A stretch of 64,000 bases of DNA from NCBI GenBank assembly GCA_043803945.1, contig JAZDJN010000087.1, positions 64,001 through 128,000 of the forward strand, written 5' to 3'. Below the pieces are notes generated by a model. It was given only the letters and a program-made list of their open reading frames with translations. It did not search any database and was not told the origin of the DNA. A program made the translations under genes and the position numbers. Positions 42,175 through 51,458 of this stretch are shown piece by piece. This stretch comes from a bacterium. GTDB taxonomy: Bacteria; Bacteroidota; Ignavibacteria; UBA10030. Each line of letters starts with the position of its first letter. The first letter of the stretch is position 1.

Positions 42175-42873
42175 TTACTCAACTGCAAAATAGTTGTGTA
42201 ATTTTTCGAGTGTTGATTCGTCGGTTTTCAAATCGTGAATGATAGAACCACGTTCCAAAATTGCAATACGCTCGCAGACTTCTGTAACATGGTTCAAATC
42301 GTGGCTTGAGATTAAAACAGTCGCTTGATGGTTTGTATGATATTCCTTAAGAATCTTCTTTAACCGGATGACGGACGATGGATCGAGGTGCGGAAACGGT
42401 TCATCGAGTACCAGCACCTCGGGCTTGCTCATCAATGCGGCAGCGATCCCGACCTTCTTTTGGTTTCCCTTCGATAAATCCCTGATGTATTTCTTTTTCT
42501 CCAGAATCTCTCCCTGAAAAAAATCTTCAAACCTCTCCAGGAATTCATTGTACTCCGACACTGTTACACCATAGAGCTTTCGAACAAAATCGAAGTATTC
42601 CTCTGGAGTCAGAAAATCGATGAGAAACCGCTCATCCAAGTAAGACCCTGTATAGCGTTTCCAATGCTCGCTCTGTTTCACATTCTCCTCTTTGGAGGTG
42701 ACCAGACCCTCTGTTGCTTCGATCAAGTCAAGAATCAGACTGAAGAACGTTGTCTTTCCTGCTCCATTATTCCCGACAAGTCCGAAACTTTCTCCCTTGC
42801 TTATGTTCAGGTCTGGAAGATTCAAAACGGTGGTTCCACCATATTATTTGACAAGTGACTGTGTCTGAATCAT
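42175..42873 (-). pseudogene. ABC transporter ATP-binding protein with in-frame TAA at codon 10
   Basis: GGAG RBS and ATG 42873 give MIQTQSLVK*YGGTTVLNLPDL; TAA at 42844-42846; rest intact (GNNGAGKTT, LSKGNQKK, LDEP). Confidence 0.75.
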
Positions 42874-42910
42874 GCGAAGTTACTCCAGTACGTTACACAA
42901 TATTCGTTTC

Positions 42911-44809
42911 TCACATCTGACGGAACCCCGCCGCCATTTTATACTTTTGCTTGGAGAAGTATTTCAGAATAACGGTTAGGAGCGCCCTTTGGAAAATCAG
43001 GCCCAACACTCCAAGTATTCCAAAGATGAACAATGTCCACTCACCAAACCCCAAACGATTGAGCAGGAGGTAGACGACAACCGGGAGAATAAACATCGGT
43101 AGAATTGTCAAGAATTGACTGCTCCCTTTTCCCTGCGTGCTCACGATGCTGGCATTCAGATCTAAGCGTTTTCTTGCCAGCATCGACCAGCCGATCAGTG
43201 CAAACACATTCACGCCCGCGTTATAGAGCATAAGCGTAGCATTAATTGCCAGAAGTTTCCATGAGATAAATGCCGTAAAGCCATTGATGAGGAGACAGAT
43301 CACCCCAAAGATCTGCAGGAGAAGGAACTTCGCGTACAAGTAGTTCCAGAAGTTGACAGGTCGGCTGATGAGTAAGTCAAAATATGCGCTCTCCCAACTG
43401 AACATGAATTGTCCGTAAACGAGCATGAGAAAGCCGGTACTGAGTATTCCCATATAGACGACCATGATCATGACCATGGCGGGGATGCGGCCATCGCCCC
43501 ACCGCGGATTGAGGTTGACAATGGTTGTATCACTCAACACTTGCATCGATCGTATATCCTTCGATTTTCCATCCGGGAGTTTTATCTCATTTTCCCATGT
43601 GCCAAGCGTAAAGATGTAGCGGATTGTTGTTCCATGTTCAAAGGCCACCGATCGGCTCCAGCTTCCCGCCTTCGCACTCTGTGCTCCTGCGGGCGAGCCA
43701 TCGGCCTGGTGCATTAAGGGAAGAAAAGAAGGATTCCATTTCCCCAATGATTGGTGATCTCCCGTAACATAGACATGGGCAGAAGGTGGAATCTGAGAAG
43801 AGGAGACGATAAACGTTACAAGCCGCTGCGTTGATGAAGTTACCGCCAGTGCATTAATGGCCTCGGGAACCCGTTCAGGTACAGGATATTGGTCCAGATA
43901 ACGAACATAGATTCCGCTCATCAGAATAATGGCCGGGATCATGGCAAGGGCCATATACACGGTCGAACGGCTCCGTTTATTCCGGAGGAGAAGCTTCAGC
44001 TCCAGCGAAAGGTAATTTCCAACGTCACCGAATCGATCGAGATAACTTAATCGCGCTTTGCCGATAATTGATTGTGCGGGCGCGATCATCAACCGGTCGA
44101 GATAGAGCGCTCGAGACAAGCTCCGGATATTCAAGGTGTAAACCAATACAAGAATAGCAAGCGGCAGGAGCGAAGCGTACGGAACATCGAGAATCCATTG
44201 AAAGAACTGCTGCGAAACGGATGAGAGTTTGACGAAGACTTCAACGAAATTCATCAGCAGAGCAATCACCACAAGGAATAACACGAATACACGCCGTGGC
44301 TGCAGGAGGAGGGATTTTTCAAGATAGAATAATAAAAAATTAGAACTGAGAATTAAGCAGAGCAGGCTGAACAGCCAGAGCATTGCGGCAGAAAAGGAAG
44401 TGCGAGGAGCGATCAGGGTGAACGCCGCAGGAATAATCACCAGCAAAGGCAGCAGATTGAACATGGAAAAGGTTGATCGCCAGAGAAGAAACCGCACCAA
44501 CTGCTTTCGTGTAAGCGGCAATAGAAGATAGGGTTGGATGATCAGTGCCGGTGTTTTTTGGAACAGGATCCTGAGAACGAGATCAATCAGGAAGAAATAA
44601 GGAAGCAGCATGCCGTTAAACAGTGCCACGTGGTTCGCACCCGGCTGGAGCTGTTTAAGCAGTCCATCGATGAAGATCCCCAGCGACAGAAAATTCAAAG
44701 CAAGGAGAGCGAGAAGGGCACCGACAAAGATATTAGTCCCAAGCTCCCGCTTCCAGAGAATGGAGCGGACCGTGCTTTTCCAAAGATGCTGCGAAAGCAT
44801 GGTGTTCAT
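42911..44809 (-). CDS. DUF5687-like ABC permease with internal CBM20-like domain
   Basis: Polytopic, LELKLLLRNKRSR and YGQFMFSWES; insert VTFIV..VYVTGDHQSLGKWNP..YIFTLGTWENE. Confidence 0.8.
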   Translation of the reverse strand: MNTMLSQHLWKSTVRSILWKRELGTNIFVGALLALLALNFLSLGIFIDGLLKQLQPGANHVALFNGMLLPYFFLIDLVLRILFQKTPALIIQPYLLLPLTRKQLVRFLLWRSTFSMFNLLPLLVIIPAAFTLIAPRTSFSAAMLWLFSLLCLILSSNFLLFYLEKSLLLQPRRVFVLFLVVIALLMNFVEVFVKLSSVSQQFFQWILDVPYASLLPLAILVLVYTLNIRSLSRALYLDRLMIAPAQSIIGKARLSYLDRFGDVGNYLSLELKLLLRNKRSRSTVYMALAMIPAIILMSGIYVRYLDQYPVPERVPEAINALAVTSSTQRLVTFIVSSSQIPPSAHVYVTGDHQSLGKWNPSFLPLMHQADGSPAGAQSAKAGSWSRSVAFEHGTTIRYIFTLGTWENEIKLPDGKSKDIRSMQVLSDTTIVNLNPRWGDGRIPAMVMIMVVYMGILSTGFLMLVYGQFMFSWESAYFDLLISRPVNFWNYLYAKFLLLQIFGVICLLINGFTAFISWKLLAINATLMLYNAGVNVFALIGWSMLARKRLDLNASIVSTQGKGSSQFLTILPMFILPVVVYLLLNRLGFGEWTLFIFGILGVLGLIFQRALLTVILKYFSKQKYKMAAGFRQM

Positions 44810-45459
44810 AGTCGATCTTCCTGTGGCCTCTCAGCGATAAAAAGATTGAACACTGATGACTCTGAAAAACACGAGATCACCACAGAAAGTATGGCGGTAC
44901 AGAGGAAAGGGTGTTCTTCAGAATTAAACATAATGCTTCACCTGTGTCTATCAGTGCTTTTCTTGTGTTATCTGCCCGCCTTTCATAGGTCTACGAGGGC
45001 AGGCGGGTGTTCTATTCTTGGTTTTTCATGTGTATAAAATGTCCTTATTTTAGCTGTTGCATTTTCTTTATCAACTCTCAATCATGTCCAATCGATAGTA
45101 GGGGATATTAAAGAAAAATTCAAACACCATTCCATGATCCTGGATTTACTTTGTCTTGCTACGAAAAGCTGCTGTGAAAGTTTTGCAGGCAATCGGCTGC
45201 ATAATCATCCGTAGCATGAATGGCGAAGATTACCCGATTCTCCTCCATAGAACCATTGAATTTCTCTTTTCTGCCAATCGTGTTTGTTCCGATAGCCCTT
45301 CATGGATATGCAGAATAACGCAACATTATTAGCTGAGAATTTATCACTCTGGATTTTACTATTCTCTAAAAGAAATTGTATCTTTTGCTCGTGCATACAA
45401 GCAACTGGTAAGGGTTCTCTCTACCATTCCTTCACCATCGTAACAAGAAAGGTCTTTCT

Positions 45460-47595
45460 ATGAAACGATTTCTTCACCAAATGACGCTGGTTTTCCTTGT
45501 CGGTTGTTTGGCGTTGATGGTTGGCTGTTCATCATCGCAGGCCGTACGACAGGATATCAGCACCGCACAGAAACTGGGTGTTGTCAAAGCCGGGCCGTTC
45601 GATACCGGCAAGATGTGGACGTTCGATTTTCCCCCCATGGAGTATTTTAAGAAAACGTATAATTTCAATCCCACAAAAGAATGGTTCGAGAAAGCCAGAA
45701 CCGCTGCAGTGCGCATTCCGGGCTGCTCCGGAGCCTTTGTCTCGGAAGACGGGCTCCTGATGACGAACCACCATTGCGCCCGCAGCGCTTTGGTAGCCGT
45801 CAAGAAACAGGGAGAGAAGCTCGAGGTCGATGGCTTCTATGCTCCAACGCTCGAAGAGGAACGGAAGGTTGCCAACAGCTACGTCGATCAATTGCTTGTG
45901 ATCGAAGACGTTACCAAAGAAGTGCTTGCCGCATTCGATAAGGGAACCACGGATAAGGAAAAAGATTCATTGCGTGCAGCGGCGATGAGCGCCATCCGGA
46001 CCCGGTACACCGAAGAGTACAAGAAGAAGAGCAGCGATAACATGATCTTCAACGTGCTCTCATTTTATAACGGCGGCCGCTATTCACTCTATGGCTATAA
46101 ACGCTACAACGATGTGCGTATTGTTTTTGCACCGGAAGAAGCTGTTGCATTCTTTGGCGGCGATCCGGATAATTATACCTATCCGCGCTATGATTTCGAT
46201 GTATCGTTCTTCCGCGTCTATGACAACGGCAAACCGTTGAAGACAACAAATTTCTATTTCCCCTTCAGCAAAGAGGGCGCCCAGGAGGGTGAAGCGGTAT
46301 TCGTTCTCGGCACACCCGGCAGGACCAATCGCCTCTTGACCATTGCCCAGTACGAAACGTTGCGCGATGTCTCCTATCCCGCCCAGATCGACGGTTACAA
46401 CAGCCAGGTGAATGCGATCAACGAATACCTGGAAAAAAATCCCGACAAGAAAGTCGATTACATCAATACGATTTTTGGAATCACCAACATGCAGAAACGA
46501 ATCATCGGGTATCAGGATGGTTTGGTCAATCCTCTGTATTGGGCAAAGAAGGAAGATTTCGAAAAGACCTTCAGAGAGGCGGTGCTTTCCAATACGCAGC
46601 TCAAGGCAAAATATGGCGATTTGTGGAAAGAGATCGGTCTTTACGAAAGCCAGATACGTGCACTAACACCTGAACTGAACGGCTTGACTGCAACAAGTCG
46701 GACACAGTACTTCAGCCTTGCCGCAAGTGCCGTCAACACGGCACGTGGTACTGGAAGAGCCGGAGGAGGCGGCAGGCCGGGAGGCGGTGGTGGTGGCGCC
46801 CGCACAGTTACTCCGGAGATTGAGAAACATATGCTTGTCGATCAACTGGAATTCATGAAAAAGAATCTCGGCAGTGAGTATCCGGCATTCAAAAAACTTC
46901 TCGCCGGGCGCTTGGTGCAGCAGGCCGCTGAGGAGTTTTCGAAAACAGCACTGACGGTTGACAGAGAAAAATTCAATGCGATGAAACCTGAAGATGTTCT
47001 GAAATCGACCGATCCGATTATTACTTTTGTTGCCGAGACGCAGCCTCGCATTACAGAAATCCAGAGGACCCTGACTGAACTGCGGGCAAAGCAGACACCG
47101 TTGATTCAGGCGCTTGGCCGGGCAATGTATGATGTGTACGGCACCAATATTCCTCCCGATGCCAGCGGCTCGCTGCGCATGTCCGACGGCGTGGTAAAAG
47201 GATTCAGCTATAACGGCACTATTGCTCCGCCGGCAACAACGTTCTATGGAATGTACGACCGGTACTACTCGTTCGGGAAGAAAGAACCGTTCTTCCTCCC
47301 GGAACGCTGGGCTAATCCACCGGCAGATTTCAAGATGAGCACACCAATGAATTTCTCATCCACGAACGATATCATCGGCGGCAACTCCGGCAGCTCGGTT
47401 GTGAACAGGAATCTGGAAGTAGTCGGATTGATCTTCGACAGCAACATCGAAGGCCTTGCCGGCAACTCGATTTTCGACACGGAGAAGAATCGGGCGGTCT
47501 CAGTTCACTCAGCCGGAATCGTTGAAGGCTTGGACAAGATTTACAGAGCTACCCGTATCGCGAATGAATTGCGGAGCAGGAAGATTATACAGTAG
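45460..47595 (+). CDS. S46 family dipeptidyl peptidase (lipoprotein)
   Basis: GKMWTF, TNHHC, FGGDPDN, DIIGGNSGS, LIFDSN. Confidence 0.95.
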   Translation: MKRFLHQMTLVFLVGCLALMVGCSSSQAVRQDISTAQKLGVVKAGPFDTGKMWTFDFPPMEYFKKTYNFNPTKEWFEKARTAAVRIPGCSGAFVSEDGLLMTNHHCARSALVAVKKQGEKLEVDGFYAPTLEEERKVANSYVDQLLVIEDVTKEVLAAFDKGTTDKEKDSLRAAAMSAIRTRYTEEYKKKSSDNMIFNVLSFYNGGRYSLYGYKRYNDVRIVFAPEEAVAFFGGDPDNYTYPRYDFDVSFFRVYDNGKPLKTTNFYFPFSKEGAQEGEAVFVLGTPGRTNRLLTIAQYETLRDVSYPAQIDGYNSQVNAINEYLEKNPDKKVDYINTIFGITNMQKRIIGYQDGLVNPLYWAKKEDFEKTFREAVLSNTQLKAKYGDLWKEIGLYESQIRALTPELNGLTATSRTQYFSLAASAVNTARGTGRAGGGGRPGGGGGGARTVTPEIEKHMLVDQLEFMKKNLGSEYPAFKKLLAGRLVQQAAEEFSKTALTVDREKFNAMKPEDVLKSTDPIITFVAETQPRITEIQRTLTELRAKQTPLIQALGRAMYDVYGTNIPPDASGSLRMSDGVVKGFSYNGTIAPPATTFYGMYDRYYSFGKKEPFFLPERWANPPADFKMSTPMNFSSTNDIIGGNSGSSVVNRNLEVVGLIFDSNIEGLAGNSIFDTEKNRAVSVHSAGIVEGLDKIYRATRIANELRSRKIIQ

Positions 47596-47640
47596 ACTTT
47601 TTTAGTGAGAAGTAAGACGTTAGAGGTGAGATGATACATG

Positions 47641-47676
47641 AAACGGTCTCGGCGAAAGTCGGGACCGTTTTATTTT
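47641..47676 (+). terminator. Rho-independent terminator
   Basis: AAACGGTCTCGGC-GAAA-GTCGGGACCGTTT followed by TATTTT. Confidence 0.8.
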
Positions 47677-48346
47677 GGGAGTATGAGAATGTAGGAGTGT
47701 AGGAATGTGTGAGTGTAAGGGTGAATGAGAGCAGGAGTGGGAGAAACGGAGACGGGGAGAGGGGGGATGAAGATGAAAAGGAGAAGCAGTGGTTACACAA
47801 GGGATTATTCATTGATGACTATTGAAGAGAGGTTTATACGCTGGGAGGTTGAAAAACTCGCCTGTGGCGAGGAGCTCCAACTCCCGACCAATAAGTGCAA
47901 GTGAGATGGGAGATGAATAAACCTCAAGTCACTCCAGTGATCCCCGAATGCTTCTATCGGCCTGCCTGCGTGCCGAAGCAACTTCGGCAGGCAGGGGATC
48001 TACAATGCGGAATAATTCAATCCACCTTCAAATTTCTTCTACAAACATTTTGCGTTCAAGCTCTCAAATTCCATATGTAACCAACCCTCACCCTGTCGAT
48101 GATAAATCGCAGGTGGGGTTGACCAAAATGTAGGACGAGTTGACAACTCGTCCACGTTGAGCTAGTGAAAGTATTTAATAATGCACAATCTTGATGTATG
48201 GTATACACCAATAAGTACTTTTTGGACAACCTCATTAAGGGGTGGTGATCACAACAATGGCTGAGCACTATACTATCCCCGCATTTATTCCTATCTTAGA
48301 GACATAACGACTGAATTCAAACTAACACATTATCATTGGACTATTT

Positions 48347-48532
48347 ATGGAAGAAGAACAAAAAGAACCCCAACCCGAGCTGAGTGAATTCAAGGGAAAC
48401 CCTGTGTTAAGAATTCCTCTTGTCAACAATCCTTCGCCGGATGTCACCTGGCATTGGCTTGCGTTTGGTAAAGCCAAAGCAAAGGCTATTGTAAAATATT
48501 TTGAAGCGATTAAAAAGTTTGCGGAAGAATAG
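48347..48532 (+). CDS. 61-aa hypothetical protein
   Basis: SEFKGNPVL...FGKAKAKAIVKYFEAIKKF has a protein-like pattern; GGA upstream; stands alone between repeat elements. Confidence 0.7.
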   Translation: MEEEQKEPQPELSEFKGNPVLRIPLVNNPSPDVTWHWLAFGKAKAKAIVKYFEAIKKFAEE

Positions 48533-48805
48533 ACCGCTGATGTCGCAGATTATGGGATTGCACTGAGTGAAAGCTCTATAAAAATTAATTCGGTGAAATC
48601 ACTTAATCAGTGTAAATCAGCGGTAAAGATTCGTATCTTTAAAGGCGTTTGATGGAGTGAGATCTCTGAAGTTGCTGCAGTTTCACTTCTGTCGTATGGA
48701 TCACGGTCTATCGGGTTCCATACCACTGAAGCCGTCCTGCAATAAAACCCCAGAACACAATATTACTCCGTACTACTATCATTCACTTTAAGAAAGGTGA
48801 TCCGT

Positions 48806-50926
48806 ATGAAACATGTTGTCTCAAAGCTTTGGTTGGTTGTTGCGCTGAGCGCAATGATCTTCCTGATCGGCTGCTCGTCGCAACAGGCCGTAAAACCCGA
48901 AGTCGGCAAAGGGTTAGTCAACGTCAAAGCCGGTGAGTTCGATACCGGTAAGATGTGGACCTTCGATTTTCCGCCGATGGACTATTTTAAAAAGACCTAC
49001 AATTTCAATCCGACAAAAGAATGGTTTGAGAAAGCCCGGCTCTCCGCGCTGCGCTTGCCCGGCTGTACAGCCGCCTTTGTTTCGGAGGATGGCCTCGTCA
49101 TGACAAACCATCACTGCGCTCGCGGTGATCTCCAGGCGGCAAATAAAGAGGGTGAACAGTTGCACATCAACGGTTTCTATGCTCCGACGCTGGACGATGA
49201 GAGAAAGACAAGAAGTTATGTCGATCAGTTGATCGTCACTGATGACGTTACCATGGAAATTCAGAAGGCGTTCGACAGTGGTACCACCGAAGCGGAAAAA
49301 GCGAGCCTCCGCGGCCAGAAAATGACTGAAATCATCAGCCGCTATACAATGAAGTATAAGGAATCCACCAAAGACTCCATGACATTCCAGATCGTTACTT
49401 TCTACAACGGGGGACGTTACTCTCTCTACGGGTACAAACGCTATACCGATATCCGCCTTGTCTTTGCCCCTGAAGAAGTGATGGCGTTCTTCGGCGGTGA
49501 TCCCGATAACTTTACCTACCCGCGTTATGACATGGACATCAGTATTTACCGTGTGTATGAAAACGGCAAACCGGTGAAGACTTCGAACTTCTTCAAGTTC
49601 AGCAAAGAGGGAGCAAAAGAAGGCGAAGCCGTGTTTGTGCTCGGCAATCCGGGAGGCACGGGTCGACTGCTTCCTATTTCACAGCTTGAAACCCTGCGCG
49701 ATATTACTTATCCTGCCAACATTAACTTTTTAGAAACTCAGGTCAACGCGTATACTCAGTACATTGAGAAGAACCCTGACAAGAAGTCGCAATACCTCAA
49801 CACTCTCTTCGGTATGGCGAATAGCAGGAAAGCGATCACCGGATATCTTACCGGATTGACCGACCCTGTATTCTGGGCAAAGAAACTCGACTTCGAAAAG
49901 AATTTCCGGAACACCGTCGTGAACAATCCAGGGCTCAAAGCAAAGTATGGCGACCCCTGGAGCCAGATGGCACTTTACGAAGCTGAGCTTCAATCGCTGC
50001 TTCCTGAAGCGAATGCATTAAATGTTTCACGCCGAAGCCAGTATTTCAGCCTGGCGATCAATGCGGTCGCTTATGCCGACTCAGTGAAAGCCGGAAAGAA
50101 TAAGCCGAAGCCGCGATACATGCGGATGTCGCCGATCGAAGTTGATAATATTGCAACCATCGACCTCCTCGCGTTCATGCAGAAGTCACTCGGAACCGAT
50201 TATCCTGCGCTGAAAGCATTGATGAAGAACCGGACTCCGGTTGAGGTAGTTGAGGACTTCGTAAAAAATTCTGCCGCTGCATCAAAAGAGAAATTTGAAA
50301 CGCTGGTGAACGGTTCGCCGGATGCCATCCTGGGCTCCACCGATCCTCTTGTTGCTTTTGTCGTGCAGACTCGTGGACGCCTTGCGCAGCTTCAATTCAA
50401 GATCGGAGATCTGCGGGCAAAACAAGCACCATTGATCCAACTGCTTGGCCGCGCGATGTACGATGTCAATGGCACAAAGATCCCGCCCGATGCTACCTTT
50501 ACTCTGCGAATGGCAGATGGTGTTGTAAAGGGATATGAGTACAATGGAACTATTGCTCCGCCCGTGACAACGTTCTACGGGTTGTATGACCGCTATTATT
50601 CGTTCAGCAAGAAAGATCCATGGGAATTGCCTCAGCGCTGGGTCAATACACCTGCAGATTTTAATCTGAGTACACCAATGAACTTTGTCTCCACCAACGA
50701 TATCATCGGCGGCAACTCGGGCAGTTCTGTTGTAAATAAGAACCTTGAAGTTGTCGGTTTGATCTTCGATGGGAACATCGAAAGCCTGCCGGGATATGTT
50801 ATTTTTGATGAAACGAAGAACCGCAGCGTCTCCGTGCATTCTGCCGGTATTCTTGAGGCACTGGAAAAGATGTACCGTGCCGACCGGATCGTCAAAGAAC
50901 TCCGTCAGGGAAAGATGGCTCAATAA
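48806..50926 (+). CDS. S46 family dipeptidyl peptidase (lipoprotein), paralog 2
   Basis: GKMWTF, TNHHC, PDATFTLR, DIIGGNSGS, LIFDGN. Confidence 0.95.
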   Translation: MKHVVSKLWLVVALSAMIFLIGCSSQQAVKPEVGKGLVNVKAGEFDTGKMWTFDFPPMDYFKKTYNFNPTKEWFEKARLSALRLPGCTAAFVSEDGLVMTNHHCARGDLQAANKEGEQLHINGFYAPTLDDERKTRSYVDQLIVTDDVTMEIQKAFDSGTTEAEKASLRGQKMTEIISRYTMKYKESTKDSMTFQIVTFYNGGRYSLYGYKRYTDIRLVFAPEEVMAFFGGDPDNFTYPRYDMDISIYRVYENGKPVKTSNFFKFSKEGAKEGEAVFVLGNPGGTGRLLPISQLETLRDITYPANINFLETQVNAYTQYIEKNPDKKSQYLNTLFGMANSRKAITGYLTGLTDPVFWAKKLDFEKNFRNTVVNNPGLKAKYGDPWSQMALYEAELQSLLPEANALNVSRRSQYFSLAINAVAYADSVKAGKNKPKPRYMRMSPIEVDNIATIDLLAFMQKSLGTDYPALKALMKNRTPVEVVEDFVKNSAAASKEKFETLVNGSPDAILGSTDPLVAFVVQTRGRLAQLQFKIGDLRAKQAPLIQLLGRAMYDVNGTKIPPDATFTLRMADGVVKGYEYNGTIAPPVTTFYGLYDRYYSFSKKDPWELPQRWVNTPADFNLSTPMNFVSTNDIIGGNSGSSVVNKNLEVVGLIFDGNIESLPGYVIFDETKNRSVSVHSAGILEALEKMYRADRIVKELRQGKMAQ

Positions 50927-50965
50927 CGACCACAGATTACACTGATTACACTGATTATGTAAAAG

Positions 50966-50999
50966 AAAGAGGGGCTCTAAAAAGCCCCTTTTTTCTTTT
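50966..50999 (+). terminator. Rho-independent terminator
   Basis: AAAGAGGGGCT-CTAAA-AGCCCCTTTTT plus T-tract. Confidence 0.8.
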
Positions 51000-51225
51000 C
51001 TGGGAGGGAGCTCCCGCCAATCCGCCAAAAAAGATGGAGGACGCAATAAGCGTAATAACAACCTGAGGTCGTCCAAAAAGAAAAAATACCAGGGCGTCAC
51101 GAACCACTTCGTGACGCAAAATGCGAAAAACATTCAGATTTAATGTGTCACGGTGTGGACCGTGACACCCTTGGCGTACTTTTTAGTCAGTCTCGGGATA
51201 GGTCTGCACCCGACCACCCTTTCAC

Positions 51226-51254
51226 TTGCTATTCAACCCCTCTTTTAATAATAT
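51226..51254 (+). promoter_or_regulatory. Putative sigma70 promoter of the sel operon
   Basis: TTGCTA-N17-TAATAT, 33 nt upstream of ATG 51288. Confidence 0.45.
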
Positions 51255-51287
51255 GGAACACCAAAACATTTACAATCTCACAGGCAT

Positions 51288-51446
51288 ATGAATACCTTGA
51301 AACGTTACTGGTACGAAAAGCCGATACAGATCACGCTGCTGATTCTCTTCATCGGCTCGATTGTTCACGGCATCATGGCCGGCGAACTCACGCTCGTACA
51401 AATTGAGAGCTCGACGCTCTGACTCGATTGTATCGGAATCGGGTGA
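51288..51446 (+). CDS. 52-aa membrane selenoprotein with UxxC motif (CD1871A-like CxxC family)
   Basis: MNTLKRYWYEKPIQITLLILFIGSIVHGIMAGELTLVQIESSTL-U(TGA 51420-51422)-LDCIGIG; SECIS-like hairpin follows; precedes the 4Fe-4S gene, selA and selB. Confidence 0.88.
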
Positions 51447-51452
51447 TTCCGA
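51433..51452 (+). promoter_or_regulatory. SECIS-like element
   Basis: TCGGAATC-GGGT-GATTCCGA, perfect 8-bp stem; G-first loop begins 19 nt after the UGA. Confidence 0.85.
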
Positions 51453-51458
51453 AAACAT

